Shown piece after piece: positions 42,370-55,974 of a DNA stretch of 64,000 nt. The notes under the pieces are model-generated. The model was not told the origin of the DNA. It ran no database searches and was given only the letters and a program-made list of their open reading frames with translations. The DNA is taken from assembly GCA_964016885.1 (NCBI GenBank), contig OZ024742.1:326678001-326742000 (forward strand). Direction: 5' to 3'. Source of the stretch: Eledone cirrhosa (lineage: Eukaryota). The position numbers were made by a program, and so were the translations under genes. The stretch's first letter is position 1. Each line of letters starts with the position of its first letter.

Positions 42370-43189
42370 CTTGTTTGTTTTTTCTTGTTTGCTTGTGTCT
42401 GTTTACATTTGTTGCTTCAGAGTTTGTTGTGGAATTCAATATCTATGTGAATACCTCCCCCAGTTTTAGCTGTGGGCTGAGTGGGTTACAAGCAAATAGA
42501 CTTACTAAAGACTAACTCTTTTTTTTATATGTATTTTCACTGTTTACTATCCAGGCGGGTTACCGTTAGCTTTGAAAGCCTGAATATGTTTTCTTTATCT
42601 ATCTATCTATATATCTGTCTGTCTGTATGTCTGTCTGTCTATATATCTATATATCGGCCTGTCTTTATTTATTTATCTATCTATCGGTCTGTCTGTCTAT
42701 TATCTAGCTCTCTGTCTATCTATATATCTATTTATCTATGTACACTATATAAATATCAAAATACCAATGAAGGAAGAAATATAAAGATAAGAGAGAGAAG
42801 AACGAGATCAATATGCGAGTAAAACAATAGAGAGAATGGGTGGTGCTAATATCTTTCAATTTAAACATTTTCATAATAAAATACCCTGAACTTAGAAGGG
42901 GTGGCTCCAGTTAGACTGATTTACAAAAAGCCGAATTTCTACAATGACCTAATGACACATTAAACAGTATATCTACCATGGTTTTTGAGAAAACGTGATA
43001 AGAAATTACATTTTAGATAAGGGGCTGTTTCTCAGTGAATCTTTTGCGTTGAGTTATACAGAGATTTATTGGAAAAGTTGACGAATGTGTTTGCAATAAA
43101 TGTTATAGGAATGTTTTGTTTTTTTTAATTATTATTTGAAAATACATACCTACATACATATGTAGGTATGTAATGTCCCGTAACTCCTG

Positions 43190-43460
43190 ATAGAGTCGTA
43201 TGGACACTGCATTTTAAGCCTGGCGGAGCCCATCCATCTCCAGGAGGCCTGAGTACAGCAGATTTTTTTCCAGAGAAGGATAGAAAGTGAGAGGGAGGAA
43301 TGAAATGAGAAAGAGATATAGAAGAAGAATCGAAGCCAGTACTAGACTGAACAGCAAAGTTGACCTCGGCGGGATTTGAACTCAGAAAGCAGAAACCCGG
43401 ACGAATACCATAAAGCATTCTATCCGACATTCTAACGATTCTCCCAATTCGCCGTCCTAT
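43190..43460 (-). mobile_element. SINE family A subfamily with extended tail
   Basis: Reverse complement similar to 58585-58865. Confidence 0.75.
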
Positions 43461-43529
43461 ACTTACACGCAAAGACACTTGTGGAGCATTGTCAAAATTA
43501 CATACTGAATGCATTGCTTCTCTGTAGAG

Positions 43530-43566
<37 letters not shown>

Positions 43567-43571
<5 letters not shown>

Positions 43572-43774
43572 AACGAGTAGGACCCCGACGGCTGAGCTCA
43601 AGCCGTTTCGACGGCTAATTCTGGACGGTTAATTCAGTCCAGAATTAGCCGTCGAAACGGCTTGAGCTCAGCCATCGGGGTCCTACTCGTTCCTATTACC
43701 CACTCTACTACGCTAAGTATTGAGTACTTTGGTGCGTTATGGTCCACCTGGTTCCTTACCACATTTCCTCCGTT
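43567..43774 (+). mobile_element. Family P1 half-hammerhead palindrome element (longer central stem)
   Basis: Centre gacggctaattctggac-ggttaattca-gtccagaattagccgtc, with the same tail as the other P1 copies. Confidence 0.85.
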
Positions 43775-43799
43775 ATATATATATATATATTTTTTTTTT

Positions 43800-44190
43800 T
43801 CGATCGACTTTCGTCAAATTGGACCAGGTAGAAGGGGAGCAATGTGAAATAAAGTGCCTTGCTCAAGGACATAACGCATTGTTCGGTCCGGGAATCGAAC
43901 TCATAACCTCACGATTGTGAACCCAATTCTTTAACCAACTCACAAATCTATCCTTATTCCTTTTGTTTTTATGTTTAGAGTAGAAAATTGGCAGAATGAT
44001 TAGATCGTCGAACAAATGCTTAGCAGTATTTTTTCTAGCTCTTTACTTTCTGATATCAAATTCCGCCGTAGTCAATTTCGCCTTTCATTCCTCCGAGGTC
44101 AATGAAATAAATTACCAATCAAGTACTAGGATTCATATAACCACTAATCTTTCCATTAAAAAATATTGCTGGCCTAGTGCTAATATTAAA
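43800..44190. mobile_element. SINE B (minus, 43800-43940) and SINE A (plus, 43980-44190), diverged
   Basis: Family core motifs present in both. Confidence 0.65.
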
Positions 44191-44268
44191 AATGATTCCT
44201 GGTATCTTTAAGTCTATAAATATTTAGTCTCTACAATAAACTCCTTATTTTACCCTCATACATTTCAG

Positions 44269-44329
44269 TGGGCTGTGGCTGTCTGAATAATGGAACATGT
44301 GATAGATCAAAGATTCGAAACATTTGCAG
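44269..44329 (+). CDS. Host gene exon C: first part of a second EGF-like domain
   Basis: catttcag|...|gtaacc, 61 nt, phase 1 to 2. Translates (L)GCGCLNNGTCDRSKIRNIC(R), containing the CxNNGxC EGF motif. Confidence 0.8.
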
Positions 44330-44369
44330 GTAACCCACAATTACTTTAACATTTTAATATAGCCTGTAG

Positions 44370-44530
44370 CAGTGGCGACTTCTAATGACCTTGGCCCTAG
44401 GGCTACCTCACTACTCACCACCATCAGCACAGAGTTAACTACCCGCAGATCTCCCTCACCATCCTCCGGTGAAACGCCTTCTCTATTCTGTCCGCCGGGA
44501 CCGTGGGGCGGCCAGCCCGTGGTCCCCTAT
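44370..44530 (+). mobile_element. CRE-like 3' end remnant
   Basis: aacgccttctctattctgtccgccggg encodes NAFSILSAG, matching 24610 and 46820. Confidence 0.45.
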
Positions 44531-44973
44531 TTGTTCATAATGGTGAGAGATTGTGAGAACGGGAGAGACAAAAACAGCGACAGTGGGAGTTTGGTTCCTT
44601 TATGTTCGGACCTGGTGTATATGTATGTTTCACGGACACACGCTCACACTGAGGTAATTTAATTTGATAAGTTAAATAATAATTTTCTAGGATTTTAACA
44701 TAACTACCCTACTATATCTAGAAGTCCCTCCCCTATTCGATAACTAGGAAGTAACTGGGTGACAGCTCTTTCTCTTGATCATACTGCTTTGCATACAATC
44801 ACTTTAACATGTTTACATGGTTAACCTACTATATCTACTCCCTTTATCTAACACATAGGAAGTAACAGCTCTTACTGCTATACAGGCAAAAGACGCCGTC
44901 GAGTGAATTTTTCTTTTAATCCGAGAAAGCTCTCCTAGATTTACTTTACTTTTCGGGTTCCTTTTTATCGTTT

Positions 44974-45504
44974 TACTAGCAGTAAAGCCCGGCGTTGCTC
45001 GGGGTCGCTCAGTAGCTGTGTTAAAGTTACAATGTTAAGTTTCTTTTTTGGCTTAAAAACTGTAGTGTCTACTGTGCAGACTTGCATGTGGTGTTTTTGA
45101 TTAATATTCCCTCAACCAACAATATGCCTTATGAAGTTAAGAAAACATAACGATAACCCGAATGTTATAACAAAAGAGGATGCTGGGGATAGAAACTGCA
45201 CTGGTTATTTATTAACAAAGATCGAAAATGTAAACACTGCAACGCAGAGAAAAACAACGTAAGACGCTCAATGTAAACAGAACAAAGGGAAATAACTCGT
45301 CACTTACGCTCAAAAATCGATACATTAGATTCGATTTCGTCACATAGGGTGGGTCAATTTGAAATATTTTTTTTCCGATGTCTTCGCTAGGGCTCAATGT
45401 ACAAGTATAGCAATTTCGGTGCAATTCCGTCAGAGATTCTAAGAGGAGATGTGTGCCAAAAATCGATAGACAGACAGACAACCACAGCTTTATATATATA
45501 GATT
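44974..45504 (-). mobile_element. Non-autonomous Helitron-like element
   Basis: Minus strand starts a|tctatatatataaagctg..(tctg)n and ends cccgagcaacgccggg..gCTAG|t. Confidence 0.7.
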
Positions 45505-45859
45505 GTTTCCACAGGATCCTGTATTCGTTTTTATTTCCCAAATATTTCAGGTGTTTGGAATTATTGCAGTTATATTTTTGCAGGATTAAGATTTTAAACA
45601 CCTCTACAAAGAACTTTTGTCTTCCGACTGTTTCAATAATCTCTGTTGATCCAAGTTTTGCAATTCACTATATTGCATATGTATGAACCTACCGCATTTG
45701 TCTTTATATAGTCTGCTGTACACTCCTACTTCATATATATATAGTGGGTAGTACAGTGGATTACTGGTGTTGGTACCAAATGAAGCATTCTATGCACATG
45801 CAGAGTGTATATAATAGAAGAAAAAAAACGAGGAAGTTTCAAAAATTATTTTTTGTCAC

Positions 45860-45958
45860 ATCGCCAGTCTGATGAATAGATCGATGGTGGAATCGGGTCC
45901 ATAACTCTTATGGGTTACCTTGAGCCAATCCTCTGCGAAACGCGTGTAACAGGTCGAT
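45860..45958 (+). ncRNA. Degenerate minimal hammerhead with long stem II insert
   Basis: atcgccagt CTGATGA ataga...tctgc GAAAC-gcgt-GTA acaggtcgat. Confidence 0.5.
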
Positions 45959-46589
45959 ACACAATAAATATCTTTTATATGTAAACGAAACTTCCTTGTT
46001 TTTTTTTTCTATTTTATATATATATGTGTGTGTGTGTTTGTGAGAGAGAGAGAGAGGAGAGAATGTGTGTGTACGTGTGTGAGTGTATATATATAAAGCA
46101 AGATCAGAATATGTTCGTTGGTAAAACTAGCTGTCTTTAATGGCGCAGATCCACTCCCTTCACTATTGCAGCGTTTTTAATTATCCAATAAATCATTGTA
46201 GCTATGACACTCTATATCTGCCACTGTAACTATTAAATATGATATCAAGAAAATGTCACCCAGAAATAATAGCCAAAGAAAAGGTGAGTGTAAAGTTAAA
46301 GAAAGTAAAGTTAACGATATGTAAATAAGCTCAACATTCCAAACATTCTTTAATAAACTTGCGATACTTTTTGTGCAGAGTTCGCCACAGCTCTGCTAAT
46401 TAGAGGATGATCATTGAGCTGATTACTGTTATATATAGCAGATCTGTGCTACCGGGAAAAGATATATCTGAATTGATGATTTCGTAGTTTACCGCTGTCC
46501 ATGTTTACAGTTACTACCACTGCCATGATGAATGCCAATAACCCTGTAAATAATGTTAGTGGCGTCATCTTCTGCGGCAGGCAACCTGA

Positions 46590-47170
46590 GTCACTCGGCG
46601 ACAGACAGAGGCTTTGCTGCTCGAAAAACCTAATCTGTCGAAGTGCCATCTACTCTCCTATCGGCTTGTCGCCGAAGCTGTAGCAATGGAGACTTCCGGC
46701 GTTCTTAGGCCCCGCACCACCAAGGCACTATTATCGTGGCGGAATTGGGTGGCCGTAGGAGTGATCCCCGTGAGTTGGAATGGCTATTCCAATGCGTCTC
46801 CCTTATCATCTTCCGAGGTAACAATTTCTCCATTCTGTCCTCTGAGACTACGAGGCGGCCACCACTTGGAGTCCTGCACGCCAGAGACCACTCGCCCACA
46901 CCGTCCGAGCCTGCGATATTTGAGCACACTTTGAGGATTTAGGGCAACAAGACAATGCAGAATAACAAAAAATGTTAACACTACTACTAATAATTCTGTT
47001 ATAAATCCGTTGATTTTACGGTGGACTGGTACACCACAAACCCGCCCTCGAAGGAGAAAAAGATAGCCAAATACCTGGACTTAGCAGACGGCTTCCTTTC
47101 CGTGCCGGTCGTAGTCGAGACCTCTGGTGTCCTCGGTTCTCGAACTGCCGTCCCCGTCCCCCCCCGCAAA
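46590..47170 (+). mobile_element. Two CRE-like RLE fragments
   Basis: VAMETSGVL, ELGGRRSDPRELEWLFQCVSLIIFRGNNFSIL, and KEKKIAKYLDLADGFLSVPVVVETSGVLG. Confidence 0.7.
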
Positions 47171-47469
47171 CTTGGAAGGAAGACAGTTGATACAGTTTTT
47201 CTGAGCTTTGTCGTCTTGTCAACTACTACGCGATGATTCGTACCAACGATTCAACTTAGTAAACTTCTATACGATTAGGGTCCTTATCAATGGCGCTTGT
47301 TAATATAGCAATTTTGAACATTGATTGAACTGAATGGTGATGCGGTAAGCACATCTGTTGGTGCCTGTGTATACGTGAATGAAAAGGCTGCTGCGCCAAT
47401 GTATTAACCTTAAAGAGTGATAAAGTAGGTAAGACTGTTAACGCCACCACTCGAGATTAAGTCTACCAC

Positions 47470-47640
47470 CAGACCTGTCAACTTTCCCCGTCCGACGAAG
47501 AGATTTGCAATAGCATTTGGGGTGCGTGAGAGATGCGTTCTCTTGTGAAAATGGGTTAATTATGTAAAATCTCCCCATTTCTCACCGTTTGGGGGCACTT
47601 TTTTTCATGGTGTTTTGGTTTTTAGAGGTTGGCATGTCAG
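47470..47640. mobile_element. hAT-like MITE, second copy of the 25656 family
   Basis: cagacctgtcaac ... agaggttggcatgtcag. Confidence 0.6.
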
Positions 47641-48236
47641 CTCTAGCCCCTGCGATTTTGAAAGACATCCTTCTCTCTCTTACCATGGTCTTATTCCACG
47701 TTTGAAAATTTTTCTCTGGGCCTTCTTTTCGTGGGACAGAGGCTGGCAGGTCTGAGATGTTGTTTTAGTTTATTTGTAAAAACTAATGCCATAGCTCTGT
47801 CTGTTGACATTAATAAATATTGATGGATAAGATGTTGGCAGAAGCAAGCTATTAATTTGAGGACGTACGTTCATGTCACTCACGAATATAATCACTGCTA
47901 TAAACACGAATATAACAGCATGAGCTTTATAATAATAAGTATATTATAAATAACCTTTCACAATTTAACACGAAGTTATATCTAATCATATATATAATAA
48001 TATTATTTGTTTGTATATTTGATTGGTTGTCGGTTGATTGTTACAACCAACACAATATCGACGGGTAAACACATTCTGTAAACTTTAACCTTTCAGAATA
48101 CAGCTAAATAAATTTCCTTCTCTAAAAATAAGATAAATGTTGATATGATTAGCTGCGAATTTATTCTAAGAGACAGACAACTATTAAATGATTATATAAG
48201 TAAATATACTAAAAACCTTGTCTCTGCCTCAATATT

Positions 48237-48299
<63 letters not shown>

Positions 48300-48435
48300 T
48301 TATATATATACATATGTATGTTTGAAGTATGTCTATGCAACTATAATAGAAAACCTGAACTTTCGTTAAAGAGAATTGATAATAGCTGTTAAATATTTCA
48401 CTACACGATTACTATTATAATATATATATATACAT

Positions 48436-48505
<70 letters not shown>

Positions 48506-48589
48506 CGTGTCTCTTTTGAAATGGCTGGTTTCAACATTTGTTTCGTAAATCGCTTTTACCAAATCATCAGTAAACACTTGGATGGAATA

Positions 48590-48920
48590 CGCATATGGAG
48601 GCACTCCGTCAGTTACGACGACGAGTGTTCTAGTTGGTTCGATCAACAGAACAGCCTGCTCGGTGGTGAGTTGTGTCCTTGAACAAGACACTTTATTTCA
48701 CGTTGCTCCAGTCCACTCAGCTGACAAAAATGAGTTGCACCTGTAGTGCGAAGGACCTGCCTTGTCAAATACTGTGCCACACTGAATCACCTGAGAACTA
48801 GATAAAGGGCACACGTGTCTGTGGAATGCTCAGCCACTTGCACGTTAATTCCACGAGCAGGCTGTTCCGTTAATCGGATCGACTATAACACTCATTGTCA
48901 AAACCGATGGAGTGCCTTCT
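48590..48920 (+). mobile_element. SINE family B variant with an inverted copy of its tail at the 5' side
   Basis: Core gtgtccttgaacaagacactttatttcacgttgctccagtccactcagctg. 48599-48660 is inverted relative to 48854-48917. Confidence 0.65.
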
Positions 48921-49397
48921 TCCTAGAGCCTTGCAAGAAAAATGGTAACATGATTTATCATTAAAACACCCAAGAAACCTCTAACCACAAAGTATTCCGT
49001 CCAACTATTTAACAATTCAAAACAATCAACCGCCCAGAGATTGATACTTTATTTATCGATTGCACCCCACCCCAGAAAAATACCAAAAGCAAAGTTGATT
49101 TCCGCAGGATTTGAACTCGGAACCCAGATAGCCAGAACAAACCCCAAACCATTTAATTCGACGTCCTAACAACTCTACCAACTCGTTATGAAATGGCAAT
49201 GATCTAAATTTTTTTATTACACGTTCCCATTAATCTAGGTGTTAACATGGAACCACAAACTTCTTAACTTATGTTGTCTAGCTTAAGTAAACACATAAAA
49301 TAAATAAGTTTCAGAGACACCTGGAGGTGAAAGGTGTGATTAAATTTTGACAAGTGGATGGCAATCCACTGACATTACTAAAGCTGTTGACTCTATT

Positions 49398-50085
49398 TCA
49401 TCATCATCATCATCATCGTCATCATCATCGTCATCATCATTGTCGTCGAGTTTTCGTCGTCGTCGTCGTCGTCAGCCTCATCATCTCCACTACAATCATC
49501 ATTCACAAAAAAAAAACCGTCGCTATCATCATAATCATCATCACCACCACCATCACCATCATCATCAACACCACCATCACCACCACCATCACCACCACCG
49601 TCGTCATCAATACCATCGTCATCATCTGCACCCCCACCCCTCCAACACCATGCCCATCATCATCTTCACCACCATCACCATCACCACCACCACCACCACC
49701 ACTACCACCACCGTCATCAATACCATCGTCATCATCTGCACCCCCACCCCTCCAACACCATCACCATTACCATCATCACCATCACACCACTACCACCATT
49801 GTCATCAATACCATCGTCATCATCTGCACCCCCACCCCTCCAACACCATGCCCATCATCATCTTCACCACCATCACCACCACCACCACCACCACTACCAC
49901 CATTGTCATCAATACCATCGTCATCATCTCCACCCCCACCCCTCCAACACCATCGCCATCATCATCATCCACATCACCATCACCACCATCACCACCACCA
50001 CCACCACCATCGTCCTCGATACCATCGTCATCATCTGCACCCCCACCCCTCCAACACCACCATCATCATCATCATTATCACCATA
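49398..50085. repeat. (CAT/CAC)n tract with five copies of a ~50 bp unit gtcatcaataccatcgtcatcatctgcacccccacccctccaacacca
   Basis: Directly visible. Confidence 0.92.
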
Positions 50086-50327
50086 TCCCTTACCATACCA
50101 GTTATTGTATGGGGTGTTTAGCCTAACGTTCACTGTAGAATGTTGATCTGTCAATGGTAAACACATAAGGTGGAAGGTTAGATTCCCGACTGGTGTGTTG
50201 TGTCCTTGAGCAAGTCCCTCCACTTCACATTGCTCTGGGGAACTCAACTGAAAAGAAATGAGTACCAGCAGCAGCAGCTGGGGTTAACCATGCCCCTGGG
50301 GGAGTCTTGTACTCTGTCGCTAAACGT

Positions 50328-51595
50328 TGATGGTGGCGAAGACTGTGATGATGGTGGTGATGATGGTGGTGGTGATGATGGTGGTGGTGATGATGGTGGT
50401 GGTGATGATGGTGATGGTGGTGATGGTGATGGTGATGGTGATGGTGATGGTGATGGTGATGATGGTGATGATGATGGTGATGGTGATGATGGTGATGATG
50501 GTGGTGGTGATGATGGTGGTGGTGATGATGGTGGTGATGGTGATGGTGATGATGATAGTGATGATGATGGTGATGGTGGTGGTGGTGGTGGTGATGGTGA
50601 TGGTGATGATGGTGATGGTGATGGTGATGATGGTGGTGATGGTGATGGTGATGGTGGTGGTGGTGATGGTGATGGTGATGATGGTGATGGTGATGGTGAT
50701 GATGGTGGTGATGGTGATGGTGATGATGATGGTGATGGTGATGGTGATGATGGTGGTGATGGTGATGGTGATGGTGATGGTGATGATGATGGTGATGGTG
50801 GTGATGATGGTGGTGATGGTGATGGTGATGATGGTGGTGATGGTGATGGTGATGATGATAGTGATGGTGATGGTGATGGTGGTGGTGGTGATGGTGATGA
50901 TGGTGATGGTGATGGTGATGATGGTGGTGATGGTGATGGTGATGATGATAGTGATGGTGATGGTGATGATGATGGTGATGGTGATGGTGATGATGGTGGT
51001 GATGGTGATGGTGATGGTGATGGTGGTGATGATGGTGGTGATGGTGATGGTGATGGTGAGAATGTGGATGGTGATGGTGATGGTGATGATGATGTGGATG
51101 ATGTGGATGGTGATGGTGGTGATGGTGATGATGGTGGTGGTGATGGTGATGATGATGATGGTGATGGTGATGGTAATGATGATGGTGGTGATGGTGATGG
51201 TGATGGTGGTGATGTGGCTGATGATGATGGTGATGGTGATGGTGATGGTGGTGATGTGGCTGATGATGATGGTGATGGTGATGGTGATGTGGATGATGAT
51301 GATGGTGATGGTGATGGTAAATGATGGTGATGGTGATGATGATGTGGATGATGATGATGATGGTGATGATGAGGAGGAGGAGGAGGAGGAGGAGGAGGAG
51401 GAGGAGGAGGAGAAGGAGGAGGAGAAGGAGGAGGAGGAGGACGACGACGACGACGATGAGGACGACGAGGATAATGATGGGGTGGCGGTGGTGGTGGTGG
51501 TAGTGGTGATGATGATGGTGGTGTTGGTGGTGGTGGTGGTGGTGGCGGTTGCCGCCGCCCTCGTCGTCGTCGTGTTGGTCACGGTGGTGATGCTG
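50328..51595. repeat. (GGT/GAT)n then (GAG)n trinucleotide satellite
   Basis: Directly visible. Confidence 0.95.
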
Positions 51596-51777
51596 TCATT
51601 GGGGAAGTGGGAATAATGTTATCAAAGATGGTCATAGCGATGCTGATGATAAACATGTCGTTTGCTTAATGTCTGTATATATATATCTTTTTTAACTTCA
51701 TTTCTAAACTGCTCTCGCCAGTGTCGTCTCGTATTGTGTCGTGTTGTCTAATCTGTCACCATTATTCATTCCTACAG

Positions 51778-51824
51778 GTGTCCAGCGCCATTTACAGGAG
51801 ACAAATGCCAAATAAGGTCAAACG
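51778..51824 (+). CDS. Host gene exon D: end of the second EGF-like domain
   Basis: cattcctacag|...|gtaagt, 47 nt, phase 2 to 1. Translates (R)CPAPFTGDKCQIRSN, completing CxC...FTGxxC. Confidence 0.82.
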
Positions 51825-51925
51825 GTAAGTTTCTCCGCCATCTTGTTTCATTAAAATTCTCCCCAGCGCTTTTGTTCATTTCACACATCGTCGTTATGAA
51901 GAGGAAAATAATGTATGTGTGTGTG

Positions 51926-52002
<77 letters not shown>

Positions 52003-52098
52003 GTCTGTGTGTGTGTGTGTGTGTGTCTGTGTGTGTGTGTGTGTGCATGTGTGTGTCCGTGTGTGTCTGTGTGTGTGTGTGTAAACGAAACTTTCTCG

Positions 52099-52148
<50 letters not shown>

Positions 52149-52518
52149 GTGTGTGGGTGTGTGTGCGAGTGTGTGTGTATGTGTGTGTATGTGTACAGGG
52201 AGTGAGAGAAAAAGGAGAGAGAAAAAATGACGGAGGGATGGGGAAAGATAGAGAGAAAGAGAGAGAGAAGGAAGAGGAGTTCAAAAGAAAAGGAGAAAAA
52301 GAAAGAGATGTTTTCGTATATATCTACACACCTGCATACTTTTCAAATAGTTAACATGTCTGTACATATAACATACATTACACCCACTTTATGAACATTC
52401 AGACGCTCACAAACACACAAACATACGCACACGCACCCGCGCATTCAATCACATATGCACATGCACGTACTGCACATATGCATACACGGAAACTGTCAAG
52501 TATAATACTTATATAACA

Positions 52519-52575
<57 letters not shown>

Positions 52576-52637
52576 ATGTGTATGTGTTAGGTAATTCCGA
52601 AGGAAAAGCAAAGGAAAAGAGAGTGCTCTATATATTC

Positions 52638-52685
<48 letters not shown>

Positions 52686-52692
<7 letters not shown>

Positions 52693-52875
52693 GAGCTTCT
52701 ACAGGACTAGAACTGTTTCATTCGTGAAAAATCATCAGGGCTCCCTGATGATTTCTCACGAATGAAACAGTTCTAGTCCTGTAGAAGCTCTTCTATATTA
52801 AAACTTTTATACTCTGCTATGTATTGAGTACCTTACTTACTGTGGTTATCTCCGATTCAACCCGGAATAACTTAT
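52686..52875 (+). mobile_element. Family P2 palindromic hammerhead-like element in (TA)n
   Basis: ~55 bp arms. Right arm reads gggctcc CTGATGA t TTC-tcac-GAA t GAA ACAG-ttctagtc-CTGT A gaagctc, then the tail. Fragments at 27385-27466 and 36350-36400. Confidence 0.75.
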
Positions 52876-53014
52876 ATATATATATATATATGCTGTATAT
52901 ATATATAAATTATATATTATATAAACTATATATATATGTATATATATGTATATATGTATATATATATATTATATGAGAATCGTATTATATATTATATATT
53001 ATATATTATATATA

Positions 53015-53049
<35 letters not shown>

Positions 53050-53141
53050 CTGTATATATATATATATATACTGTATATATATATATATTATATATTATAT
53101 AAACTATATATATATGTATATATATATATATGTATATATAT

Positions 53142-53191
<50 letters not shown>

Positions 53192-53394
53192 ATAAATCTA
53201 TACACGTGTACGTATATTTCATCGTATGTCACATGTTCAGACTTGCATACCAATAGTGTTGAGATAATAAATACACAGAAGCACCACACCTGAAAGAAAG
53301 CAGTGGGGAGGCGGTATAGTCACGGGGGGGGGGGGTCGAACGCCTTTCACCATAGACCTGCTCTATTAGACCCGACCTAGGACTAAACAACAGC

Positions 53395-53860
53395 AATAAT
53401 TGTTTCTACTTTAGGCACAAGGTCAGCAAATTGAAGGGAAGGAGAAAATCGATTAAATCTACTCCAGTGTATTTCTGGTACTTTATTGTATCGACTTTGT
53501 AAAAATGAAAAGAAAAGCTAACCTCGACGTGATTTTAACTCAGAACGTAAAGGGCCGGAACTCTATGCTACGAAGTATGGTGTCCGACGCTCTACCATGC
53601 TTCGTAGCATAGAGTTAAACATTTATATATATATATAATTTATAGTATAGGAACAAGGCCAGTCATTTGGGGGGAGGGGATAAGTCGATTAAATCGACTC
53701 CAGTACGTTACTGGTGCCTTATTTTATCGACCCCATAAGGATGAAAAGCAAAGCTAACCTCGGCGGGATTTGAACTCGGAACGTAAAGGGCCAGAACTCT
53801 ATTCTACAAAGCATGGTGTCTGACGCTCTACCAAGCATAGAGTTAAACATTTATATATAT
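53395..53860 (-). mobile_element. Two tandem SINE A copies, each with a short inverted 5' end
   Basis: Family core twice, each followed by agcatagagttaaacatttatata. Confidence 0.75.
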
Positions 53861-54256
53861 AAAATCCTCTGTACATCGGAACATCACATTTTGCTACCGC
53901 AACAAGATCTTCCAAACCACACAGTACCTGACACTCTATGTATAATCAGTCACCCTAAGCAAATAAACATAACTACAACATGACAGGTCAGAACACTGCT
54001 ACAACACTTGCATTCTAAGAAATACTATCCTCACACTTTAATCCAAACAGACAGACACAAAATGTGCGTACGTACAAATATTGGCAAAGCCTCTATCTGG
54101 TGGATAGCTCTGCTAGAAATAGCAACGATCACCCTTTAATCACCGTCTTAAAATAAAAGAGTACACATTAGATAATTTAGACCTAGATAAACAATGCACA
54201 AAACAGAAATAGATGGGATAGTCAAGGATAAGATTCCTTTGATTATAGCTCTACAC

Positions 54257-54845
54257 TAGGGGTTCTCAAACGTTTTGGGCCACCACCCCCTCATAGCCAC
54301 GTAATACCCTCAGCGCCGCCACCCCTGATCCTAGAGAGACCTACCTACACGTAAATTGTAAATAATATATAAATAAAATCGTTAATTTATATATGATAAA
54401 TGATATATATATATATTATGTATAAATAAATATTATATATTTTTTATTTTAATATATACATATATATCGATCGACTTTCGTCAAATCAGACCGAGGAAAC
54501 AATGTTTCCGTTAGTCTTTCCAGTTGCTAGTACTATCTATCGGTCGCAACTCCAGGTAGAAGGAACAACGTGAAATAAAGTGTCTTGCTCAAGGACATAA
54601 CGCATCACCCGGTCTTGGAATCGAACTCACAACCTCACGATTGTGAATCCAATTCTCTAACCACTCAGCCACACGCCTTCACTTTAATATATTTAATATA
54701 TTTAATATATTTGTTTATAATATGTTTCATTTGATATTTAACATACTATTATATCATCTCTACCTCTCACCACCACCCTCTGGACCTCCTTAACGTCTCC
54801 CCATCATAGGGGGGGGGGCGGTAGCGCTCACTTTGAGAACCTTTG
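54257..54845. mobile_element. hAT (Charlie-like) MITE with nested SINE B (54468-54682, minus)
   Basis: TIRs taggggttctcaaa / tttgagaacctttg, TSD ctctacac / ctctagac. Confidence 0.82.
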
Positions 54846-55181
54846 CTCTAGACAGGTTTGTCCTGTTGCTCACCAGTACCAGTAATCTCATTAAGCCACA
54901 CACACATATACACCAACTCTATAACATTGTACTGGATATCCATCACCAGAAATGATGGATATTCACTCCTACCACGTCGGTTTCAATGATAACGAATCCG
55001 TTGTTCGAATGCCTATTCGTTAACTGAAAGTATAAGTGCCTGAGTATTCCTGATATAGCTGTATCTTTAACGTGATCCTCTAGCTGACTAGATACACACA
55101 AGCTTTTTCTAAAAAAAAAAATGTTTCCCGTTTCTTCCTCTTCTCACTTTCTATTTGTCTATTACATCTTTGACTTCTCAT

Positions 55182-55223
55182 TCTATCTTCTGATGAAGGA
55201 CGAGTGTCCGAAACGAAAATAGA
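55182..55223 (+). ncRNA. Minimal hammerhead motif, cleavage triplet apparently deleted
   Basis: tctatctt CTGATGA a GGAC-gagt-GTCC GAAACG aaaataga. Confidence 0.6.
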
Positions 55224-55340
55224 CATTTCCTACTATATCAAAATATCAAGCGTTAAACTAATATATTTCTTCATTTTACTGTGTTGTTTACTTTGTTGTT
55301 TCCGTTTATTATTTTACACACACACACACACACACACAAA

Positions 55341-55443
<103 letters not shown>

Positions 55444-55588
55444 GGGGGGAGAGGGTGGTAGGCTGTCTGGTTACCAATAAATATTATCTAGAAAACGTGG
55501 TTGAAAACACAAACACAAGGACAATTCCTGCTCATCGGCTGTCTTCTGTGGATCACTAAAGTTTTGAATTTCGAATATATATATATAT

Positions 55589-55940
55589 ATCAATGATATT
55601 AATAAATGGAATCTATATTTATAAAATCATATTTTTTCTATTATATATATTTCAAGGGTACCAAATCTTTGGTACGCTCTCATCAGATAAAATACAAAGT
55701 TTGTTTTATAAATATTGACATATCCAGGAATGAGACCTTAACGGTTCAAGGTCTCATTCCTGGATATTTATAAAACAAACTTTGTATTTTATCTGATGAG
55801 AGCGTACCAAAGATTTGGTATCCTTGAAATATATATAATAGAATAAATATGACTTTATAAATATAGATTCCATTTATTAATATCATTGATTTTATACTCT
55901 CAGAAAACTTGTTGAGTGCTTCGAATCTGTTATAAATATA
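55589..55940. mobile_element. ~140 bp-arm inverted repeat element with a minimal hammerhead in each arm, plus tail
   Basis: Arms 55589-55739 and 55748-55890. Plus 55785-55845 reads tattttat CTGATGA GAG-(gtaccaaa/tttggtat hairpin)-CTT GAAAT-atat-ATA atagaata. Confidence 0.78.
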
Positions 55941-55974
55941 TTTGTTGAATTACCAACAAATTAAATATCCCTTT

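Noticed and set aside
49347-51616. His/Thr-rich and Gly/Asp-rich ORFs
   Set aside because: Trinucleotide satellites open in several frames on both strands, with no supporting splice or domain evidence.
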